DNA from: Candidatus Latescibacterota bacterium
GTDB lineage: Bacteria; Latescibacterota; UBA2968
DNA: 64,000 bases
Direction: 5' to 3'
NCBI GenBank assembly: GCA_965205975.1
Contig: OZ242195.1
Span: 320,001 to 384,000, forward strand
Made by a program: the position numbers and the translations under genes. The notes beneath the pieces were generated by a model. That model searched no databases. It had not been told where the DNA came from and worked only from the letters and a program-made list of their open reading frames with translations. Below are positions 39,696 to 47,948 of the stretch, piece after piece. How positions within the stretch are numbered: the stretch's first letter is position 1; each line of letters opens with the position of its first letter.

Positions 39696-39724
39696 ATTAT
39701 ACGACACTTGCCGCGGTTTTACAA
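39696..39724 (-). promoter_or_regulatory. sigma70-type promoter of recD2
   Basis: TTGTAA-17 nt-TATAAT. Confidence 0.6.
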
Positions 39725-39864
39725 GTTGTATCAAATTTGCAGTACACAAAATGTATAAAATCCGTATATTGTTGAAACACAACATTTAACGGCTACGTCA
39801 TAACGGAAAAGAGGTTGGCCCAAAAGCTATTGACACACCGCATGTACCTGTCGGTGTGATCTGG

Positions 39865-39912
39865 GGTCCTCGCGCCGTCCCGCCAAGAACTCGCGCGAGG
39901 GCCTTTCTTTTT
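39865..39912 (+). terminator. Intrinsic terminator with no upstream plus-strand CDS (candidate sRNA 3' end)
   Basis: GGTCCTCGCG/CGCGAGGGCC stem (G-U pair only on the plus strand) followed by TTTCTTTTT. Confidence 0.65.
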
Positions 39913-39967
39913 GGTACACGAAATGGTTGCCCTCGGGCCAACCAGGTCACAAATTGAAATTTTTCCG

Positions 39968-40110
39968 AAAAACAAAAAGCACCTACCCGTCCCTTCACCA
40001 AATCGCCAATTTTGACGCAAGGAACAAGCAGGTGCCTCGTGGACTGGTATGGCAACGCTGCTGAAACGCTGGGCGTTCCGAAAATATTGTTTTTTTTACA
40101 GGCCAGTCGG
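39968..40110 (-). ncRNA. Candidate ~140-nt small RNA
   Basis: Upstream TTGACC-17-TATATT promoter; 5' stem GACUGG/CCAGUC; 17-bp terminator stem with four G-U pairs valid only on the minus strand; U-tract. Confidence 0.55.
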
Positions 40111-40115
40111 CAGAA

Positions 40116-40144
40116 AATATAGCCAATCTTATATTTGGGGTCAA
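40116..40144 (-). promoter_or_regulatory. sigma70-type promoter firing into the non-coding spacer
   Basis: TTGACC-17 nt-TATATT. Confidence 0.6.
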
Positions 40145-40189
40145 GGGAGAAAATGGATTGGGGCTCGTAGATATGATTGAGGATAAAAA

Positions 40190-40810
40190 ATGAAGCGGTT
40201 TCTCATCGTTGTTTTACTCGGATTGATATGGACAGCTCATGCTGAAGAGGATCGCAAGACGGTTTTGTTTTTGGGAGATAGCCTGACCGCGGGTTATGGT
40301 CTGGATAAAACGCAGGCTTTTCCCGCGCTGATTCAGGCAAAGATTGATTCGCTCGGGTGGGCGTTTGATGTGATCAATGGCGGACTGAGTGGCGAAACAT
40401 CGGCGGGAGGGTTGCGGCGGGTCAACTGGTTGCTGCGGCGAAAAATCGATGTGCTGGTGCTGGCATTGGGGGGCAACGATGGCTTGCGGGGGATTCCCAC
40501 GACTGAAATGCAGCAAAATTTGCAGGGGATTATAGATCGCGCAAAAGAGAAGTATCCAGATATTCAGATCATACTTATGGGTATTGAAGCACCGCCAAAT
40601 TTGGGAGATATATATACGACGGCTTTCCGTGCGGTGTTCCCTGCTCTATCTGAAAAGAATCGCGTGCTTTTGATCCCCTTTTTGTTAGAAGGGGTTGGTG
40701 GGATTCCAGAACTGAATCTGCCAGACCGCATTCATCCCAATGCTGCGGGACATCGGATTATAGCGGAAACCGTGTGGCGTGTGCTTAAACCGATTCTGGA
40801 AAAGCGGTGA
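40190..40810 (+). CDS. tesA: GDSL/SGNH arylesterase (TesA-like), exported
   Basis: Signal peptide; GDSLTAGYG, GGNDGLRG and DRIHPN; ybbA/ybbP neighbours. Confidence 0.92.
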   Translation: MKRFLIVVLLGLIWTAHAEEDRKTVLFLGDSLTAGYGLDKTQAFPALIQAKIDSLGWAFDVINGGLSGETSAGGLRRVNWLLRRKIDVLVLALGGNDGLRGIPTTEMQQNLQGIIDRAKEKYPDIQIILMGIEAPPNLGDIYTTAFRAVFPALSEKNRVLLIPFLLEGVGGIPELNLPDRIHPNAAGHRIIAETVWRVLKPILEKR

Positions 40811-40892
40811 GAGGTGAGAAGTGAGACTAAGTACACAACACCCCCGAGTTCCCAGCTCCTCTTTTTCATCTGCGTCATCTGCGTCATCTGCG
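40807..40892. repeat. Heptamer (GTGAGAV)x3 over the tesA stop plus nonamer (TCATCTGCG)x3 next to the ybbP stop
   Basis: Heptamers at 40807-40827 and nonamers at 40866-40892. Confidence 0.85.
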
Positions 40893-40894
40893 GA

Positions 40895-43456
40895 TCACAC
40901 TTCGCTTCGCAAAATTTCGAGTGGAGGGCGGTCGGCGATGCCCCGGCTATTGAGCATGCCGACAAAGATGGTGAGCGCGGTGACGAGGATAAAGACACCG
41001 GCAATGGCCGCAGTGGGCAGGGCAAAGTGGACGTCAAAAATAAAGATGGTGACAGCCCAGGCACCGCCAATAGAGAGTATGAGTCCAGTCAGGGTAGCGA
41101 GTGCGCCCAGGAAGGTGTATTCCAGCAAGAGTATGCGGCGAATCTGTTTTTGAGATGCCCCCAAAGTACGCAGCAAAACGGCTTCACGAATGCGTTGATA
41201 GCGGCTGGTGGTGACTGCGGCAGTTAGTACAATGAGTCCGGTAATCACACTAAAGAGAGCCATGAAGCGCACGACAAAGGCGATTTGTGAGAGTACATCG
41301 TCAACAGTTTTGAGAATGAGGCCGAGGTCAACAGCCGATACATTGGGGTATTGTTGAACCAGTGTGCGTTGCAGTATAGCTGATTGTTCGGTTGTGTTGA
41401 TGCGCGTGGTCAAGACGTGAAACTGGGGAGCGGTTTCGAGCACGCCTTTGGGAAAGACGATAAAAAAGTTTGGCTGAATGCGCTGCCAATCAACTTCTCG
41501 CAGGCTTTGTACTGTGGTCTGAACGGGTACGCCCTGGATGTCGAAGGTCAGGGTATCGCCGAGCGAGACGCGAAGCGAACGGGCAATGTCGCGCTCAAAA
41601 GAAATGGGGATGGGTTCTTCTGTCCGTTCTGCATCGATCCAGGTGCCGCCTACAAGACGTTCTGAATCGAAGAGGTGATTTCGATAGGTCGAGCGGTATT
41701 CGCGTTGAATTGCCCAGCGCCGCACATCGTGTATTCTGCCATAGGAACGCGCCTCTTGACCTTTGATGCTCTTCAGACGCATGGTGACGATGGGGGCATG
41801 GTGGATGACGGGGAGGCGCTGTTTGCGGAGCAACGCGCTCACGCCTTCAATTTGATCAGTTTGCACATCGACGAGAACAAAGTTGGGACGGTTGTCGCTC
41901 CCCGCGATGGCAATTTGAGCGAGCAGGGCGTGTTGCACAATATAGAGCGTGGTGATGAGGAAGGTACCCAGGCCCAGTGCAAGCATGAGAATTACGGTCT
42001 GATTGTGTGGGCGGTAGAGATTGGCCAGGCCCTGTCGCCACACGTATTGCCAGGTTGTGGGAAAGAAGCGGCGAACGGTTTTGATGATGAGCCACGATGC
42101 GCCTATGAGCAGTCCAAAGGCAATGCCAAACCCGATGGCAATGCCAATTCCAATGAGGATACTGCTGGTTTGCACAATGCCTAATCCCGCGACTATGAGA
42201 CAGATCCCGCCGATGGTCATTAATTGTAGGGGGTCTATTTTGGATCGCACATTTTCAAAAGATGCCCGCAAGGTGTGCAGGGGAGATGTGCGGCGAATGG
42301 GCAATAGGGGGAGCAGGGCGAAGAGCAGCGACAGACTCAGGCCAATGCCTGTGCCCTGAATGATCGCCCAATAGGAAAACTGAATATCGAGTTCAATGGG
42401 CAGGATTTGTGCGAGAATACCGGGCAGGAGATACTGAATGCCCACACCGAGGAGAGAACCGCATCCCGTGCCAATAAGACCCAGCGCGATGGCCTGGATG
42501 GCGTAAATGCAGAGGATCTGATTCGATTGCGCGCCCATGCAGCGCAGGATGGCGACGGTTGTTATTTTTTGGCGCGTATAGACGTGAATAGCACTGGCAA
42601 CGCCGATACATCCGAGTAAGAGGGCGGCAAAGGCGACCAGACTGAGGAAGATGTAGAGATTGTCCAATATGCGGTTGAGGCGTCTTTGACGGCTGGCAAC
42701 GGTTTCAGTACGCAAATTTTGATCCCCGCGATAGGGGCGAAGTTCGCGCTGGATGGATCCGATTCTCGTGCTGCTATCAAACTTAAAATAGGCCACATAA
42801 GACGCCAGACTGCCAAATTTGATGAGACCCGTTTTATCGAGATGCGATAAGGGGATGTACACACGCGGTGCCACTGTGGTAAAGGCCATGGCCTCGCCCG
42901 ATATTTTTGTGATACGTCCGCCTATGACAAAGGTGTGGTTGCCAATTCGCACGGAATCGCCGACCTGAACGCCAAATTGGACGAGCAAGCCGTCGTCGAG
43001 GAGCGCGTGATGGGTATGCTGAAAGGTCTTCGACGCTTGTAGTGGATTGGTTTCAAATGTGCCGTAATAGGGAAAGTCGCCTTGTAGCGCGCGCACTTGT
43101 ACCAGACGGGTTCCGCCGTTTTTGGGAAAGAAGACCATCGAGGCAAAGCGCACTTCTCGGGATTGTTCCCCACCCCATGAGTTGAATAGGGAGTCAACCG
43201 CAGGCGCAAAAGCGCGCTGGCTGCTGACGCGCAAATCAGCACCTAAAAGTGTGCGTGCTTCATTTTCGACAACGCGTTGCAGGTTATCGCCGAGCGCGCG
43301 CACAGCTACGAGGCCACCCACGCCGAGCAATATGCAGGATATAAAGAGCAGCAATCGGCGGCGATACGTGCGGCTATCGCGCCAGGCCATGCGCCAGGTC
43401 CAGGCGTTGAAGAGTGGGCTGGAGGTCTGATTTTTAATGCTGGTGATTCGATCCAT
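40895..43456 (-). CDS. ybbP: ABC transporter permease, double FtsX/MacB type (YbbP-like)
   Basis: AWRDSR, LLGADL, two FtsX repeats (AILRCMGA, LLRTLGAS) and VDWQRIQPNF. Confidence 0.9.
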   Translation of the reverse strand: MDRITSIKNQTSSPLFNAWTWRMAWRDSRTYRRRLLLFISCILLGVGGLVAVRALGDNLQRVVENEARTLLGADLRVSSQRAFAPAVDSLFNSWGGEQSREVRFASMVFFPKNGGTRLVQVRALQGDFPYYGTFETNPLQASKTFQHTHHALLDDGLLVQFGVQVGDSVRIGNHTFVIGGRITKISGEAMAFTTVAPRVYIPLSHLDKTGLIKFGSLASYVAYFKFDSSTRIGSIQRELRPYRGDQNLRTETVASRQRRLNRILDNLYIFLSLVAFAALLLGCIGVASAIHVYTRQKITTVAILRCMGAQSNQILCIYAIQAIALGLIGTGCGSLLGVGIQYLLPGILAQILPIELDIQFSYWAIIQGTGIGLSLSLLFALLPLLPIRRTSPLHTLRASFENVRSKIDPLQLMTIGGICLIVAGLGIVQTSSILIGIGIAIGFGIAFGLLIGASWLIIKTVRRFFPTTWQYVWRQGLANLYRPHNQTVILMLALGLGTFLITTLYIVQHALLAQIAIAGSDNRPNFVLVDVQTDQIEGVSALLRKQRLPVIHHAPIVTMRLKSIKGQEARSYGRIHDVRRWAIQREYRSTYRNHLFDSERLVGGTWIDAERTEEPIPISFERDIARSLRVSLGDTLTFDIQGVPVQTTVQSLREVDWQRIQPNFFIVFPKGVLETAPQFHVLTTRINTTEQSAILQRTLVQQYPNVSAVDLGLILKTVDDVLSQIAFVVRFMALFSVITGLIVLTAAVTTSRYQRIREAVLLRTLGASQKQIRRILLLEYTFLGALATLTGLILSIGGAWAVTIFIFDVHFALPTAAIAGVFILVTALTIFVGMLNSRGIADRPPLEILRSEV

Positions 43457-43483
43457 GATAGAAATTAAAAATTAAGAATTAAA

Positions 43484-43641
43484 AACTGATGTGAGGCAGG
43501 TCTGGGTGTTTGTCATGCTGAGCGGAGTGAAACGGAGCCGAAGCATCTGTTCCACCTGCGATGGTTGTAGATTTTTCGACTCCGCTGCGCTCCGCTCAAA
43601 ATGACAGACCCATTATATTGTGCAGATGCATAACATCAGTT
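43484..43641. mobile_element. MITE-like element enclosing a GTCAT-type long palindrome, flanked by AATTAAR heptamers
   Basis: Terminal inverted repeats AACTGATGTGA.GCA / TGCATAACATCAGTT; internal arms TGTCATGCTGAGCGGAG...CTCCGCTCAAAATGACA. Confidence 0.65.
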
Positions 43642-43706
43642 AAGAATTAAGCTGATTGTAACGTTTTGCAGTGGTCGAGATAAATAGTGTTAGATTCTTG
43701 TCGTCC

Positions 43707-43761
43707 TGTAGGAGGGAAATCCTTTTCCCGACCTGATCGCGGCAAGGATGCCGCTCCAACA
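43707..43761. repeat. Inverted REP doublet (REPIN-like)
   Basis: TGTAGGAGGGAAATCCTTTTCCCGA plus inverted TGTTGGAGCGGCATCCTTGCCGCGA. Confidence 0.75.
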
Positions 43762-43766
43762 GCACT

Positions 43767-44453
43767 TCACACTTCATCCTTCACGACGGTGCCACCTTGC
43801 AGATGGATGATGCGCTGCGTGCGTGCGGCGAGGTCGTGATCGTGCGTGACGAGGATGAGGGTTGTGCCCGCTTCTCGGTTGAGGTCAAAGAGCAGATTGG
43901 CGATGGTATGACTGCTGTCGGCGTCGAGGTTGCCCGTAGGCTCGTCGGCAAATAAGATGTGGGGTTGGTTGATAAAGGCGCGTGCAATGCCCACGCGCTG
44001 TTGTTCACCACCCGAAAGCTGGGCGGGATAATGCGTCAAGCGGTCGCCCAACCCCACGCGGTCAAGCAATTCTCTCGCTTCGCCAAATACACCGTTTTTA
44101 CCGCGTAGCTCGAGAGGAATCGCAACATTTTCAATGGCGGTGAGGGTGGGGATGAGTTGAAAGCTCTGAAAGACAAATCCCACGTATTCATTTCGCACGG
44201 CTGCGCGTTGGTCTTCGTCGAGGGTGTCGAGGGCCATGTTGTGAAGGGTGACTGTGCCCGATGACGGACGATCAAGTCCAGCACATAATCCGAGTAGCGT
44301 GGTTTTTCCACTGCCCGAAGGCCCTACTATCGCACAGGTTTGGCCTTTGGGTATGGTGAATGTGACGTTGTCTAAAACGGTGAGTGGATGTCCTCCGCTC
44401 GCGTAGGTGCGGGTGAGGTTTTGAACTGCGAGAGCTGCGTTTGGATGGCTCAA
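43767..44453 (-). CDS. ybbA: ABC transporter ATP-binding protein (YbbA-like)
   Basis: [26 protein letters not shown] and VTHD. Confidence 0.93.
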   Translation of the reverse strand: MSHPNAALAVQNLTRTYASGGHPLTVLDNVTFTIPKGQTCAIVGPSGSGKTTLLGLCAGLDRPSSGTVTLHNMALDTLDEDQRAAVRNEYVGFVFQSFQLIPTLTAIENVAIPLELRGKNGVFGEARELLDRVGLGDRLTHYPAQLSGGEQQRVGIARAFINQPHILFADEPTGNLDADSSHTIANLLFDLNREAGTTLILVTHDHDLAARTQRIIHLQGGTVVKDEV

Positions 44454-44552
44454 CTGATTACCCCTTGCGTCTCTGGTTCTAATTCTTACCTTTGTGAGAC
44501 CTCAAAACATAACATAGAGTTCCATTATGTGCAAAAAATGAGTGGAGGAGAT

Positions 44553-45737
44553 ATGCAAGCTGAGATTGTGATGATTGGAACGGAACTGTTGCTGGGTGAA
44601 ATTGTAGATACCAATGCCACGATGTTTGCCAAAGCGCTGCGCGATATTGGAATGGATTTGTTGTATAAAACGACTGTGGGGGACAATGAAGATCGGATTG
44701 CTGGCGTTTTGAATATCGCGCTGGATCGATCAGATGTGATTCTGACATCGGGGGGTATTGGTCCTACGGTAGATGATATGACGCGGAAATGTGTGGCGCG
44801 TGCAACAGGACGCAAGCTTGTTTACAGCAAGGTACTGGAAAATCAGATTGCATCGCGGTTTCGCAATTTTGGTCGTGAGATGGCAGATAATAACAAAAGA
44901 CAGGCGTATATTCCCGAAGGCGCTATACCACTGGAGAATCCCAGGGGCACGGCGCCCTGTTTTTTGAGTGAAGATGTTAAAGGGCGCGGCTGTGTGATTT
45001 CGCTTCCGGGTGTGCCGAGAGAATTGGATTATATGTTGCACAAGGTTGTGATTCCAATTTTGATCGACCGCATGGGCGGGCGCAAAATTACAAAGGTACG
45101 CGTATTGCGAACTTGTGCGGTGGGCGAGAGCAATATTGATCGCACAATTGGGGATCTGATGAGTGAGAGCAATCCAACGGTGGGATTGGCGGCGCATGCT
45201 GGGCAGACCGATGTGCGCGTGGCGGCAAAAGCGGATACAGAGGAAGATGCCGATGCGTTGATCGCGCCGATGGAAGCGGAACTCAGGAAACGGCTGGGGG
45301 TTGCGATTTACGGTACGGGGAAAGAGACAGTAGCCGGGGTTGTGGGCGATTTGTTGCGGGAAAAAGGGTTGAAGATTGGGGTGGTGGATACGCTGACAGA
45401 TGGCCAGGTCGTGCGGGAGTTCGAAGAGAATGGCGCAGGTGATGTGGTGGCCACGCAAAGAGATGCTAATATGGGGGGGCAGGATGACCCTCGCGCTTTG
45501 ACCGAAGCGATGGCTCAGGAGGCTGCGCCCGAGGATGGTGTGGGGCTGGCGATAGTTGGTCCTTATGAAGGTGGCGCGACGTTTATGGCTGTTTATGGCT
45601 CTGATCCACAAGCGCGAACATGTATTGCAAGTCGCCGCTTTCAGGATTCGGATCATATCCGACGATGGTTGGTGATTCAGGGTTTGGATCTGGTGCGCCG
45701 GGCGGTGTTGGGCAAGTTGGCTTCGCCAGCAGATTGA
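44553..45737 (+). CDS. cinA: CinA-like protein (MoCF/COG1058 domain plus degenerate PncC domain)
   Basis: IGTELLLGEIVDTN, VGDN, GGIGPTVDDMTR and LPGVPREL; GGAGG RBS. Confidence 0.88.
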   Translation: MQAEIVMIGTELLLGEIVDTNATMFAKALRDIGMDLLYKTTVGDNEDRIAGVLNIALDRSDVILTSGGIGPTVDDMTRKCVARATGRKLVYSKVLENQIASRFRNFGREMADNNKRQAYIPEGAIPLENPRGTAPCFLSEDVKGRGCVISLPGVPRELDYMLHKVVIPILIDRMGGRKITKVRVLRTCAVGESNIDRTIGDLMSESNPTVGLAAHAGQTDVRVAAKADTEEDADALIAPMEAELRKRLGVAIYGTGKETVAGVVGDLLREKGLKIGVVDTLTDGQVVREFEENGAGDVVATQRDANMGGQDDPRALTEAMAQEAAPEDGVGLAIVGPYEGGATFMAVYGSDPQARTCIASRRFQDSDHIRRWLVIQGLDLVRRAVLGKLASPAD

Positions 45738-45738
45738 G

Positions 45739-46629
45739 TTAAATGAAAGAGCCTCGTTTAAGAGCAGCCTGTGGATCATACCACACAGCATTTACAAAAT
45801 TCTGTATTTCTTGCACGAATTTCCAAACTGTTTCGGCGTCTATCGGGAATTGTTCATGTTGGCGTTTTACTTCGTAATAATTTCCTCTTTTCCCATACGG
45901 GAGTCTCTTTGTTTTTCGCAGCAAAAAAACGTTATCAATCTCGGTCAGTCTGCAATCTTCAGGCTCCATATCTAAATATTCCACCAAAGCGTAATATTTA
46001 GCAATAGGACACCCTTGTTTTAATCGGGCGGCTGTACCTGCACATTCTTGAAACATGGTTTTATCATAATTCACTTTGATCTCTGCTGCAAGCACAGCCA
46101 AATAAAAGCTACCAGAAGTCGTGCGTTCTGACTCAAAACCTGTACTTGGCGAGAATATATAATGAATCGTTTTGCCGAGCGCGAAATCTTGATTTTTATG
46201 CTTTATAACGACCTTAGGTTTTCCGCTCAAATTATTTATACTTGGAGGGGCAAAAGATAAAGACATAAATGCTGTATGCGGTCCAACTTCCAAGTCATAC
46301 ACAGGCAATCCGTGCAGAATCGAAGGATCTATGACATGGATGAAAAATTCTTCCAGCACTGAATTATCGAGTTTTAATTGTCCTTTTTGTCTTTTTATAA
46401 ATTCAGACCCGTGCTTGGCAACCAATTCTACTTCAAGATAATTTTTGTATTCGTTTAAAAGGTCAACCATTTCCTCAATTTTCTGTTTACCGTTCGAATT
46501 TAGGGATCTCATACTTGAAATCCAATACTCGTAGGCACTATAAGCTTCTTCCAGTATTGATTTATCACCAATACATTTTGGATTTCTCAATGCCGCCAAC
46601 AATTTTTCTCTATGGGGTGTTTTTGCCAT
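45739..46629 (-). CDS. Type II restriction endonuclease, Bpu10I-like family
   Basis: PH.EKL start, QKGQLKLDNSVLEEF, K.QDF and AAEIKVNYDKTMFQE (PD-(D/E)xK-like); paired with an MTase; AT-rich. Confidence 0.8.
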   Translation of the reverse strand: MAKTPHREKLLAALRNPKCIGDKSILEEAYSAYEYWISSMRSLNSNGKQKIEEMVDLLNEYKNYLEVELVAKHGSEFIKRQKGQLKLDNSVLEEFFIHVIDPSILHGLPVYDLEVGPHTAFMSLSFAPPSINNLSGKPKVVIKHKNQDFALGKTIHYIFSPSTGFESERTTSGSFYLAVLAAEIKVNYDKTMFQECAGTAARLKQGCPIAKYYALVEYLDMEPEDCRLTEIDNVFLLRKTKRLPYGKRGNYYEVKRQHEQFPIDAETVWKFVQEIQNFVNAVWYDPQAALKRGSFI

Positions 46630-47839
46630 TCTGAAAAACTTCCTTTGAAAAAAATAAGGGAGATGGGTGGACACTATAAATGTCAGAAATGACATCTTGG
46701 ATTTCGGGTTTTATACCGTCTTCAGCCTGTGAAATAGACGCTTTTAGATGCTTGCGTGCTATCTTTCGCGCTTCAATTTCCTCAGGCGGGCTTTGATCCT
46801 TTTTTGCAACGATAATATCCTCTTTAATTTTTGCACCAAATCTATTGATGAAATGCCTTTCGTAAGTTGCAATATCACAGAAGCCACCGGCTTTCAACAG
46901 GAGGTCTTTTATGATTAAACCATTGTAAAATGGTACACGTCGTACGCGGGATTCGCGTCCTACGACTAATACGATTATTCCATTTCTTTCTAATGTGTGC
47001 CAAAAATTATGAAGACTTAGATTCATCTCCAGGCAATATTGTACGACAGTTCTAAATCGATTGCTACGATTCTTCCTGTTAGAACCAATTTCACTGTGTG
47101 CAACTTTTAGGAGATTCCAACCGAGAATTTCCATCACAGCCCTGTGATTCTGGTGATAGTTAAATACGTTGATATAAGGCGGGCTGGTTAAAATCAAATT
47201 AGCTTTGGTTGGAGAATTTTCGGATAAGCATCTTGCATCTCCTAAAAATGCCCGTATCGGTGCATCTGTAAATGGCAGGCTCAGTACCGCCTGCTTAATA
47301 AAGTGAAAAGATGACAAAATGGCGGAATTTAGGTCCTTGTATTTTTTATTTTCAGCAGAAAAAATGACGTTTAAGGCAATCACCATTTCATCCTTATCTG
47401 AGATCGAAGCGATCAACTCTTTTGAAAAGTCAATTAAATTCTCGTAGCGGCTTCTGTATTCACGACAATTTTTGAAAAGTGGCAGCCCTCCAAAATTGTG
47501 AAGCAGATCGTGAATTTTTCCCTGTAGATTACTGACTATTACTTCGCGATCTTTCATACATTTATTTGCTAAAGAGAAAAATTTTGACATCGCATAAGCC
47601 GCTGGATTGATTTCATAGCCATATCCACTCAGGCCCTTGCGTGCACAGGCCTGAAGCACTGTTCCACTGCCCGAAAAAGGATCAATTACAGTGAATCCTT
47701 TTCTTGAGAATCTATCTATAATATAATCAACAAATTGAGGCGTAAATTGTCCGCGCCAAGCAAATAAATTCGCCCGTTGTTTTTCTTTTACATTCAGTTT
47801 ATCTTGTTCTAATATAATTTTGCTTTTTGTACTATTCAT
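46610..47839 (-). CDS. DNA amino-methyltransferase, probably N4-cytosine (alpha motif order)
   Basis: Motif I DPFSGSGT precedes motif IV TSPPY. Confidence 0.88.
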   Translation of the reverse strand: MNSTKSKIILEQDKLNVKEKQRANLFAWRGQFTPQFVDYIIDRFSRKGFTVIDPFSGSGTVLQACARKGLSGYGYEINPAAYAMSKFFSLANKCMKDREVIVSNLQGKIHDLLHNFGGLPLFKNCREYRSRYENLIDFSKELIASISDKDEMVIALNVIFSAENKKYKDLNSAILSSFHFIKQAVLSLPFTDAPIRAFLGDARCLSENSPTKANLILTSPPYINVFNYHQNHRAVMEILGWNLLKVAHSEIGSNRKNRSNRFRTVVQYCLEMNLSLHNFWHTLERNGIIVLVVGRESRVRRVPFYNGLIIKDLLLKAGGFCDIATYERHFINRFGAKIKEDIIVAKKDQSPPEEIEARKIARKHLKASISQAEDGIKPEIQDVISDIYSVHPSPLFFSKEVFQNGKNTP

Positions 47840-47948
47840 CTTCTTCTCCTATGCTTTGCGTAGTATATGGAAATCACGAATAAATATAGTATCCATTTGT
47901 TTACTGATCAAGGGGGAATTTATTCCTATTTTAAGTGGGAGAGATGCT

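Noticed and set aside
39790..40110. Known housekeeping RNA (RNase P, tmRNA, SRP, 6S, tRNA) or riboswitch
   Set aside because: No diagnostic consensus of these families was recognised by eye; an Rfam scan is still needed.
40814..41227. Plus-strand ORFs after tesA containing ICVICVICG (possible Cys motif)
   Set aside because: The motif is a translation of the nonamer repeat and the rest is antisense to ybbP.
45739..47839. Inferring RM specificity from site avoidance
   Set aside because: CCTNAGG and GCTNAGC sites both occur in the window, so no usable avoidance signal is visible by eye.
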